Below are positions 25,951-37,213 of a DNA stretch of 64,000 nt, in pieces (the stretch's first letter is position 1; each line of letters opens with the position of its first letter). The stretch comes from Eukaryota sp. TZLM1-RC. Its lineage: Eukaryota; Protista; Metamonada: BaSk clade. The translations under genes were made by a program, and so were the position numbers. The DNA lies in contig JAUPSS010000007.1 in NCBI GenBank assembly GCA_040285825.1, forward strand, positions 334,501-398,500. The letters run 5' to 3'. The notes under the pieces are model-generated. The model saw only the letters and a program-made list of their open reading frames with translations. It ran no database searches and was not told where the DNA came from.

Positions 25951-27994
25951 TGTTCAAGAGAAAAAAAGACTTGGAGTGTTCGGAGACTTCGACGGTTGTG
26001 TAGCAAAATTGGTGTTAAAATCAAGCTGTTTACATGCATCACTTGAGAAAGATGTCATCAAAAAAGCAATGTGTGGAAATAATGAAAAGGGTGAATTTCA
26101 CCTAAAATATGCATCTCGAGTGAAATTCACATCTCCGCATCCGAATTCCTTTTTCAGGCTCGTCACCCTTTTGAATATTTGCACTGTGATACCATTGGAC
26201 CTTTTCAGCCTGACTCACATCATACAAAAAATGTGCTGCACTTTGTTGGCGTTTTCACCAAGTTCAGTATTCTAGTCTGTGAGCCTGACAATAATATCAT
26301 CGGTGTTGCATAGTCTATTCTTGCCCACGTGTATTCTATCTTTGGTCCTACATCAATCTATTCTGATGATGCAACCGAATTTAGCAAGGCTGTTTTCGAG
26401 TACCAGCTACTGAATATCTCACACGACTTTTATTCCCATTTCCATCAGTTCCACGGATTAATAGAACGAAAACATTGAATTATTCTGCAGAACCTCGAAA
26501 GATACTCCTTGACTTCGTAGATTATAACAACTGGTCCGACTGAACCTCCCTTTTTTGCCAGATGATTGCAAAAGGCAACTGCAAAAGATCATTAAATGCC
26601 TATCCCTATCAACTCATTTTTGCATCTGATATATCTCCTCAATCATTGCCTATAGATGTAATGAAATCGCTTTACCTCCAAGCTGATCAATTTGATATCC
26701 CGAATTATCTGACTTTCTTGCCAATTTATCTTATACAATAAAAAATAAGTGACTTTTTCTATCCCTGTTAATGCTCTTCCTGAATTCAACATTTCAGGAC
26801 CAAAGTTAAAACCTCGACCCGATCCACGGGTATTTGTTCTTCATGAAGATCCTAACAAGCTGCACGTGCACTTTGCTGGTCTGTATATAGTTAACGAAGT
26901 CATTACTCGTAGTTCGCTTTCTGTGGAAAAGCCCAATCACCCGAACTCAGCTGAAAACCTCTACTTACTCAATTAAATGCTGTCTATGTATAGATTATAT
27001 CCAGATACATGCCCAAATTGACCCAACACGAACATGATATTGTTAATCTTCAATTCACACAGCTTGAACAGTCTACTAATCAAATCATTGGACTTTACAT
27101 AATTTCTGAAAATGACGTATCTAATGATGTGTTGACTAAAGTGTGTAAGAGGAAGGTTTCATGTGAAAACACAACATCTTGGGAATGCAAAGCGTGCAAT
27201 AAGTCCTGGCTGCATTGAATTTTGCACGACAATGACAAGCAAAATGTTTGGGTCGGGTTTGTACCATACATAATAAATCGAAATACACTGTATTATTGTA
27301 TTTCTGTATTTTTGCAACATTGTCTAGAATTGTTCAAGCTTATAGGTCCCTTATTGAAACTTGCATTATAGTTACTAACAAAAACACTATTACCTAATAT
27401 GACATGATTACAATGTCAATAATAATTTCCTATCTGTGTCATCCTCTTCTCCTTTTGTCTTTTCTCCATCACCCAATAAGACTTCTTCTAGGGACTTTAC
27501 CATAAAAGTGACCAGAATAAAAATCCTCTCTGAGATATGGTTGCATCGAGCAAAACAAAAACCTCTTCTCAGTGTGACTTGTACTGCTTTGGATGTGTTT
27601 CAATCTTTCTCAACCGCAACACATCTCGCTTTTCCTCTGAATATCTTCTCACTTGCAAAGGATTCACTGCTACTAAAGAACTGAATTAATGAAAGGCCTT
27701 TATCGCAAAAAAGAAAAGGTAGAAGAATAAAGGACAACTGCACAAACGGCGCAAAATTCACTAACAAAAATTCTCTGCCATTGATTAATACCGAGATTTT
27801 GTTGTTAGTTCGTCACACCTTTGAAGACCTGGAAAATACAAACTCTGAGCTTAATGCCTCAAATGTCACTTAAAGAACCTGGAAAGGTCTTTACCAATCG
27901 GGTACACAAAAATCCGTGCAATTTACATTAGAAGTTCGACTCTTCTTATACTTCTTATACTCATTTTACAGTTCCAGGGGGATAACGGTTTGGA

Positions 27995-29220
27995 GACCCA
28001 AAGACATGTAGACTATACAGACACACGTAATCAGATCTTTCATGACCGTAATCAACTTCAAACAGTTAAAAAATGAATGATCGATTATTACTCAGTCGTT
28101 TATGTATTTATGAATAGAGACTCTAAATAAAGAGAATCACTCTCAATATTTGGTAGAGACTCTGGAAATGATAAGAAGAGTGACCTCATCGATGGGCTTG
28201 ACAATTGCTTCTGAGGATTAACAATTGAGATCAAAGTGGACATGCGATAGGAAAATTGTTAAACAAGGAGATTATTCAGGGAAAAAATCGAAAATAATTA
28301 ATTGAGATAAACAAAACCTAGTCATGACAAAGTGATAGTGTTTGAAAATGATTCGATATAAAAAGAAATTATACGTCAGTCAATTCTACTTGTCTTTTCA
28401 AATGAATATTTCTTGTCCTCCCCAAAGGCGACTCATTGTTTGTTGTCACATACAAACAGCAAGATATTCAACTTCCTTGAGAAGACAAAGTACCCTTCAT
28501 GATCATCATTTCAAACAACTTTTTCGTGTTCCGATTTGTGTTCTGTCCTCTCATAGCGGATGAAATATTCAAATAATCATTACAATTGTTTCTGAATATT
28601 CAATAAAAGAACGAGACATATAAAAATTGCTTAAAATTTAATCTCAGAAGCATTAGAACCTCAATGACGAATATCATACACATACATACGAATATCACAG
28701 CCAAGTAAGTAAGTAAATTGAGGAGGTAGTGAAAGAAGAGGTGGGTGAAAGTGTGAAACCCCATTATGCTACTGAATTGGTACTCCCAAAAAAAGGATTC
28801 ATAATGAAACATTCACAGGTTCAAAAACTATGTTTTGTCCAAATAATAATTAAGAACACTGAAACTAAGGAAAAAAAGCTTGGAAAGGGTACATCAAGAC
28901 AGTACTTAATGATGCAAATAGTGCCGGCTGCAACTAAATGAAACACCAAGGTCATAGGTTCAAATTCCGGCAAATGCACAACAAACTTTGAGAATTCCAT
29001 TTCTCGTGGTGCACAACAGTAAATAGGGAAAGGCAACAGTTTAAATGGAAGTCACAACAAAATACATAGAGATAAGGCCTGGGGAAGAGAAGGGAAAGTA
29101 ATGCTGATAGCATCGTGCAAAATGCTTGGAACCGACAGACCAGTGGTAAAGAGACAATAAACACTGCGTAGATGGGTAAAGGAGTGGTAAACGATGTGAA
29201 AAGGACTAGTAACCTTGTAC
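27995..29220 (+). repeat. Unclassified repeat family B
   Basis: Colinear with 54190-55215 over ~1 kb; decayed coding-like frames. Confidence 0.85.
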
Positions 29221-29313
29221 AAACACTGACATCATCTACGGGACACTAGAAGAGAAGATGCTATGATAAGAACACAGTGTAGGAACTAATACAAGATTTT
29301 GGAATGGAGATTT

Positions 29314-31871
29314 TAGACTTGGCAAAGTGGAATCCATTCCATTTTCATTTCCACATTCTCATAAATTGATTCCAAAACGGCCTATTTACGTTTATTCAGA
29401 TCCAGAGTGAAGTTTACCATTACTGACCTTGACAGTGTTGTAGTAATTGGTCGAAGTGGTTTGTTATTTATGAATTCGTAGAAATATTTCTTATGTAGGC
29501 ATTATTTATTGAATTTGCACACTTGATTAAATTAACTCATAACCAATGGGACGACTATCATTGAACCAAGATTTCCTCTACAAAATCTTGATCTGCTTGC
29601 TGTCTAGCTAAAGCTTCTCTTATTCGATTGAAAAACCGAGGTAATTTATTGATAATCCGAGAACGCCATAAAAAAATATCAAATCTTTTCCTTGTTTTTT
29701 CTTGCACCATTTTTTGGAAGTCATTCAAAAAAGTTTCTGCTTCATCTGATAATCTTCCATTTATCGAAAATGGGAAAGCAAAAAAAACCAGCTGTGTATT
29801 TCCATCGGCATTAGCCTCTTCAATATCGTTATCATATTTTTTATGTTTCTCTTTTGCTTTAAGATCAAGAGCAGTCACAGGATTAAGTTTTCTTCTGTGA
29901 ACCAAAGTATCATTTGCAACATTACATGAGACAAAGTCAACAATAGCTTCAGAATTATCAATCCAATCACAGTATACATCACCCCTATCATCAGAACCAA
30001 AATTATTCAGAGAAAGTGTTTCCTTCAGCAGGGGTTCTTTGATACACGATATCCTTGAAGTTTATGCCATATTGAAAACAGTGTCTCTAACAGCATCATG
30101 TAATGAAGAACGATAAGTTATCAATTTAGAGCAATTCAGAGCATGGCGCAAAGTGAGTTGAGGTGAATTCGAACAAATACACTTTTCTTTTGATGATAAT
30201 TGATTAATGGGAATATTCAAATATAATCTCATTTTTGTTACAAATGCTTCATTAGTGACACACAATCCAAATCTTTGTGGTACAATGGTTACAAAAAATG
30301 AAGAATCTGACGACTTGTTTTCACAAACACCCTTTTCCAATAACAATGAGTGAAGATCTTGATTTAAAACAACCGAGCTGCATATATTATTATAAAGATC
30401 TTTTTCATACATTCCTGCCAATCGTTTCTGTAATGTTCGAACAGTGTACTTCAAATTTAAAGCATTTTTTCTGGAATATTGCCATTGAATGATTGGGGAA
30501 AACATTGACCCCATTTTTCTACATCAATTTTTGAAATTTCTTCATTTAATGCAAAAACAGTGGAACTTTGCGTTGTCATAAATAAATCTTCCCAATCTGG
30601 AAATCTTTCGGAAACCTCAAAGATTTCATTTCTGCATCCACCAACAAAAGCACACGAGGTAAGAATAGAAGCCTTCGGCCACCCTAAACCGCCATAATGT
30701 GGACTAAGGTAAGCATGGTGTGGACTTTGGAACAATTTACATTCCATTAATTGTGACAGAACTTTTGCACGTAATTCATTAAACTTCTGAGCCAAAGGCC
30801 TAGTGACAACAGGATTTGTAGATCGAAATATATGATTGAAATTGGAACTAAAACACAGTCTTATAATGGTAAATTTGATGTGTTTTTGTATATCTAAATT
30901 CATCATTCGGTCAATTTTGTCGGAAATCGAGTTCAACTTTTCAAACAATTTTTTGGTAATTTCATCATTATTTCCTAAAAACGAACCCAAATGACGAATA
31001 GCATCAGGTGAATATAATTTGGCTTGAATTTCATTACCATCAACTATTGTGGAAACTGGAGAATTCGATAACAAAACACATTTAAGTAAATTAAGTCGGA
31101 GACCAATTTTGGTAAATAATTCTTTAAAACTTACGGTTGCTTGTTTTACAATATTTAAATCACCAATAAGCACAACATCATCCATATATGCAATCATTTT
31201 TAGCGAAGGAAACATCTCTTGAATTTGCAATAAAATGGGATGAATGGCCAAACAAAACAAAAGAGGTCCTAACAGATCTCCTTGCTTTACACCACTTGAT
31301 GAACTCAAAATGCAATTACCAAATTGTAAATTAGAATATGTGCTATATGTAGGTGTATACAATTCATTTTACTGACAATTAATTATAAAAAAACTAATTC
31401 GACTACCTATTTTTTACTTCAGTGTTTCAAGTATTTGAATTTGATCGTTCTTTAAGCATACCTTCAACTCAGATAAGTTTTTTAATAAAAGTGATGACAT
31501 TATGGCACGTTTGGATGTTTGAATGGAGCCAGCGACTGAAAAGAAGGATTCACAAGGAACAGTTGATGCTGGGCCTGTCAAGTTCATCAGCATGCACTAA
31601 TCAATCAACATGCCCATTTCCAAACAGGGGATGTTTTTTTTCTTTGGCTAAGTTAGTGTTGCCGTAGACGTTTGCAGGTATTTTTCATCATCTGATACAT
31701 CAGCAGTAACGTAAATAGATCCGTTATCAGTCATTTATGCAGGTTGAGTTACAATTGAGTATGGATAATATGTTTCCATTTCCATTTCCATTTTTCGAAA
31801 AAAAATTTCGTCCATTTCCATAAGAATTGGAAATGGAAAATGTTAAAATTCATTCCACATTGCCAACTCTA
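29314..31871 (-). mobile_element. Internally deleted hAT-like element interrupted by a CRE insertion
   Basis: TIRs TAGACTTGGCAAAGTGGAAT and TAGAGTTGGCAATGTGGAAT (reverse complement); TTTCCA subterminal repeats; BED remnant KTSPVWKW..CSL near 31600; no clean TSD. Confidence 0.7.
29503..31345 (-). mobile_element. 5'-truncated CRE-clade non-LTR element
   Basis: GVKQGDLLGPLLF, YMDD, CICS..HALNC, RGDVY; 3' end CAATAAATAA; flanked by TATGTAGG(CAT/TGT); close copy at 43388-44620. Confidence 0.93.
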
Positions 31872-33558
31872 AGTTTGACTATGTCAAGATCTGTCTAGTA
31901 GAATATGTCCGAAAATACCGAACTTCGTTTGATGATTATATTTTATTCCAATAACGACAGCGTCATAAAAATCAGCAAACACACTAATGCAAACAAAATT
32001 GCAATTTATTGCAATTAATTGCTATAACTTAATCAACAATTGATTTTCTCCATGTCCTGGATGTGTATATATAAGGCAATAACATGGTGATTTGGGGAAA
32101 CTAATTGATAAAAGAAAATGCTTTTGTCTTTAAACAACTGCAGGCTTATAGCCAATAAAATTAGTTATTCATAGTTGTTTTTAAAATTATATTTGTTTAT
32201 TAGAACACTTATGAATTAACATATAAATAATCCATTTTTCTGAAAACAAAAACACTAGATGCAACTCTCTTATAGTGAGATGCTAGAGAGCGCAAAGCAT
32301 CAGAAACCATCTTCAACATACCCTACAACAAAAGATGCCGCCTTCAAGCTTCCCAAGTTTGTTACTTTCCCTACTGTTGTTTTAGTCCAACACAAACCCT
32401 GTATGATTATAGGCGAATCCACTATTCGATTCCATGATACCTTCACTGAACGACACTACTACGTTTACTCGTTTACGAAATAGGGAAGAAGCAGAGTGTC
32501 TGTATGTAGTGACTAAAACAAACTCAACAAAGTATTCAAACACACAGGTCTTGGAACAAGGCCCATTTCGATTATTGTTAACTAGCTTATTCTACATTAT
32601 TAAAAAAGAGTCATAATACATCAATTGTCGATCTAAAAGTGTAAAATCAGTGTTTGTGTGAATCCCAATCAGCGCAGAGATAATAGTAGACAACAAAAAA
32701 CATTAGTATTTAGTTATTAGTAGGTTGTATGTTTCTAGTTTTTATAGTTAATTACTTTGAAGTTAATTAATTTTGGAGAAGGGAAGAAATAGTGCTTGTA
32801 CCTTTAGACTTAAGTAAAATAAGGGTAAAATCAATTTACTTAACTTCAGACTTTTCCCTATTCCAATTCTCCAACTGAAGTCTACAAATACCTATATTGA
32901 ACAATTAAACTGGTGATGTTGAAGGTCATTCTTTATTTCAGTTATCTTGATGCAGGGCTATTGGGTCATTGATATACTATTTTTGGAACTAAATAATGAA
33001 TTGCAATAATAATTTAATTTTAAATTGCAAACATTGTCTTTTGGTAAACGTATCATGGATAGCGAAAAGTCAGAAAGTAGAGAAGCAGTAAAGGCAAAGT
33101 ATTGGAATAGGAACAAGATGGCTTGTTTGAATATGTTAAATGTATTTGATCACTGGTTATCCGGTGAAGAAGGTAGGCCTGTTTATCTTAGAACTTAGTT
33201 TATTTTTACTGACTAGTAAAATTTAGTCATAGTTGGCATGTGTCATGTTCAATCGAGATGACTTCGGTTTGGGTGGAAATAATAACATTTGCAAACATTC
33301 AAAAAATCAATTAATGAGTTGTTTCTTTCAACCTGTTAATGAATTAATATAGAAGAACGGTTACAATTATTGAATCAACTAATCATCAATGTTTTCAGTA
33401 TAAGAAACTGGTTTGATATTCAATTATGGAAAATCTAATGTAACAAGTATTTCAATAGAGAAATCATAACTATGATGTATTGTTCAAGTTATACTAACCA
33501 AGATACGACTACGTGTCAAATTAAGAATTACTGAACAAAATAAAAATGAATAAAAATA

Positions 33559-35180
33559 CTACAAATCTGTCGCAAGCAAGTCAATCATAGGCTTAGAATC
33601 AGAGCCATTAAAAGATACAACATGTGGTAGCAAGGTAGCTTTTGTTGCTGATCCTTTAACTCTCACACAACTTACTAAATCCCGCAACACTTCCTTAGCT
33701 TCTTTCAGACGTTGTTGAACTAACAATACTCGAAAGTAAACCATTCTGGTATAATAATACGAATTTGTGGCAAAAAGAGCACAATCAACACCAGCATCAA
33801 CCCGCCGAGAGATCAACTCCTCAATAGACTGTTGCGCCTCAGTAAAGTTCAATGCACACCCTTTTTGCATTGCATCTAGAGCATAAGCCATCAACAATGG
33901 AAAAAACCCAACTTGCAGAATACAAGGTAATTCTCTCATTTTACTAACCAATTCAGAGTAGTAACAGTCATTTATAATATTACGTCTGGTACTACGGCGA
34001 TGTGTCACATAGTTTTCTGATTCAATCTCAGCTAGCCCAGGAGTCTGTCTAGTGAGATGACAACGCTCACATTGACATGGAACTTCCGAGGAATGAGTGA
34101 GACGTTTAGAATAAGGCATGGTGTCTTCCTGATCATATGAAAAACACAATTCTTCACCCTTTTTAACTTCCCGGGTAGTAGCCATAACAATGTAGTCACC
34201 GACGAACATTTGGTGACAATTAAACCTACAAGAATGGTTGAACAGAGACATTTTCATCCACAATCCAATTATATTAGCCACTGAAGGATCAAGTGGATCT
34301 TTTCTAAAGGTTAAATTACTTCCGATTCTATCTTGTACCGTCTTGCGGTTGATTTCCTTCCCATCTGCCCCAGTGAGGTTGAAAAACTCTTGACGTTTTG
34401 GGTTTCCTTCCCTGAGTATAAACTGAGTTTATCAAAAACCAGTTGATGACAAGCAGAATCTTCAGTTGAGATTGACTTGGGGGGTTTGTCAAAACAAAAA
34501 GCTTGCTCAAAGAGAACAACAGAATACCTTGGTATGTCCTGTGAAGCTCTTAGTCCGCGACCTTTATTGCTGGTTTGAAAAACTTCAACATTAGGCCAAT
34601 ACAGATTTGGATGGTAATGCTTTAACCGTCCATTATTGGAGTTTGCTTCTTCATACATCATCTCCCAATCAAAAATTCCCTGGATTTTTTCAAATTCTGA
34701 TTTTTAATCAAATACAATAACTCGATCTCTGTGGTGAGCGACAAGTACAAGAGGGTCGTGGTTTGCCTTATTCGATGTATCTGGTTTGATCACTTCGGGT
34801 TCTATTACAGCAATGTAGTCACCAATGGATAATCTACAGGAAGGGCTCCACAAATAAATTGTTGCACCATTACTGTCCTTGATGATTGTACCTGAAACAA
34901 GGGAACTAGTCTGGGGTGGTGCTAATACTGAAGCATACAGAACATGATTGTGATGAGAGCAGTTCAATTTTTTGACACATTGACGAAGAGAAACGGGCAA
35001 CAGTGAGGTAAAGCTCGACATGGGATCGTATTGACGAAAAATGGAGGTGCAGAAAGTTGTTGGACCACATGTATAGTGGATAGCCACATGTTGTGTCTAG
35101 AAGATATAGACAGATGGGGAGTCCAATCCAAATGCATTTACCAAACCTACATGAAAAATCCATTCTTCATAACAAATCCA
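33559..35180 (-). pseudogene. SET-domain (SMYD/TPR-SET-like) methyltransferase pseudogene, 5' end cut by the Fanzor element
   Basis: KGRGLRASQDI, FNHSC..NC, GEELCFSY, CQCERC; in-frame TAA at 34704, TAG near 35098, frameshift near 34390. Confidence 0.85.
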
Positions 35181-35182
35181 GA

Positions 35183-37040
35183 CACTGTTGAGCTGCCACA
35201 TCGTTTAAGATGGACTGATATCTTCTCCTACAGAGATCTTCTTGACTACTCCCTTTTTAGTTCCTCCCTGTCTTCTTTTAGCACCCGATGAGGATGTGTT
35301 TGTTTCAGGAACTTGCGATGGACAGTTTCTTCTGTTGTGGCCTTCTCCGCGAAATATACCAAATCGTTTCGGTTTTTTGTCCTTCTCAGCAGTCTTCTTT
35401 TTCTGATCTCTCTGTGAAGTAGATGATCCATTTTCGAAATCTTTTGTTTGAGTTTTTGGTCTCTCGAAAATGGATGGTCTACCTTCACCGTTGATTGCAG
35501 ATGTGATAATGGAATATATATTTATGGCAGAGTTGAAGTCTCCATTCCAATACGTGCTGCACGTCTTCATTAAACCCCACGGTGTTGATTTTGCCTTTTC
35601 TTCTAGTAAATCCTTTTGTTCATCGCATTCTTGTTGAAAATCTCTTTTTCTAGTAGGATTGTTTTGATTAAATAGTTCAATTTCTTGTTTTAACTTTTTT
35701 GCTTTTCTTTTGAGTTGTCGTTTGCCCTTAGGACCTAACACTTTAATACTAGAATCGTTGACACATTCTTCAAAATTTCCCTTGGCTGCACAACTGGAAC
35801 AAGATTTACTCGTTCTATATTCATCAACTAGGAAAATTCGATAACCAAATCTTCTTAATAGTTTCCGAATTTCGGTTCCTCTTATGGCTGTCCTTTTCCC
35901 TTCCTTGTATTTCCTTTCGAGCTCCAGTCAACATAACCAATAACTACATGTTCAGTGGAGCAAAAGTCAATTTGAATCTTTCCAACATGTTTTGTTTTTT
36001 CACTTCTTTGATTATTCGAATACGATTGAAATTTTCTTCTTCTGAACCTTTCGTCTTGGGAAAAATATTCATATTAACATTGTACCACTCAAAGTCTTTG
36101 ATGTAATGACCAAAATGTTGACTACAACAAGATTTTTGTCTGTTTGATACAGATAAAGAAAATTGATTTAAATTATCCTAACCTGAGTAATCACCTTCAG
36201 GTAATTGTACCTTCCAAGTTAGGAGTTTTCTTTTTTCCGTTGAACGATATTTGGTACTTTTTCTGTCAAATTGGCGCTCACCAGCAGTATACTTGAACGT
36301 GTGTCACCAGCTTTTGCGTTTCAGCCGTGCATTATGAGAGTCAGAGTTGGAATAGATTGATAGATTTTGTAGTTTTGAAGTTTTTTCTTTTTTTATACCA
36401 TTGCGTTTTTTGCTTCGGATTTCTGGAAGTTGTCTTTTTTATAAAACACATTTTGTGAAATTTGTTTCATGGTAATAGATACAGTAGGATTTGGAGAAAC
36501 ACAGTGTATTAAAATCGTACTCGTTAGGGTCAATAGCAACTATTCTTTTATCTTTTACTTCATTTTTCCGACATTTTCAGCAGAGAAGGAATGTATGTAT
36601 CGCTCTGGGTATTCCAACGTCCTGGAAGTAAAATTCTTATAAGAATTTCCATTTTCATCAACCAGGTCTTTAAGGATTAAGACCACTGAACAACCAATCT
36701 TGTCTGTTACAATTGAGGAAAATTTCAATTGAAAGCAACCTTTAGTCTCACAGTTGTAAGATTCTAATACCTTATCAGTTAGTACTTCGGTAAAAACTGA
36801 TGATCTTATGTCATTTGCTCTCCCTTTGAACTTGCTAAATTTTTCATTGAGCCAAGGAGTATCGAGTCTTATATGCTGTGGAATCAATGTAGTTGTCAAT
36901 GGAAAAGGATTACTGACTGGCGACGGTTTGCCATCCTGGGAACAAAATGATTGAATGCTTCTGTCAACTCCTATAGCATGAGAGAGAAATTTCAAAGGTT
37001 TGGCTGATCGAGTATTATAAATTTTTTTACCCTAAATAGA
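35183..37040 (-). mobile_element. Decayed Fanzor1 (eukaryotic TnpB-family RNA-guided nuclease) element, 5'-truncated
   Basis: FPLTTTLIPQHIRLDT; TDKIGCSV; RuvC-I IVAIDPN (D 36529-36531); FKYTAGER; VVIGYVDWS; RuvC-II LVDEYRTSKSCSSC (E 35820-35822); RuvC-III WNGDFNSAINI (D 35538-35540); several frameshifts. Confidence 0.9.
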
Positions 37041-37213
37041 AGTTGTAATTAAACAATGTTTCACAAAACAAAAAAAATTCAAAGTGAACTCTTGTTGGGT
37101 TCACTCACAAGAATGAACCAATGATGAACCAAAGTATAAATTTGAATTTTGGATTAAACAATACTCGAAACTGTAGTTTTCAACTCCACAACCACTGTCT
37201 ACAGTTCTCCTTC

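Larger units (their letters stand above)
20474..27220 (+). mobile_element. Decayed Ty3/gypsy gag-pol interrupted by nested insertions
   Basis: gag CGFCKEPGH; protease LIDSGAS; RT LDLPKAFWQ and YIDD (22218-23282); RNase H CDTSD; integrase Zn finger ~23900-24070; integrase core IYSDD...GLIER ~26300-26600. Confidence 0.9.

Noticed and set aside
27300-27700. Kinase pseudogene on the minus strand (RDL-like motif)
   Set aside because: Too degraded; no second kinase motif found
32259-32616. Small gene formed by two overlapping ORFs
   Set aside because: No recognisable motif or intron joining them; cannot be supported
33559-35180. TAA/TAG reassigned to Gln, suggested by isolated in-frame stops in the SET gene and at 8400-9130
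   Set aside because: MO25, the kinase and rpiB have no internal TAR and end on TAA at the expected positions; the affected regions also have frameshifts
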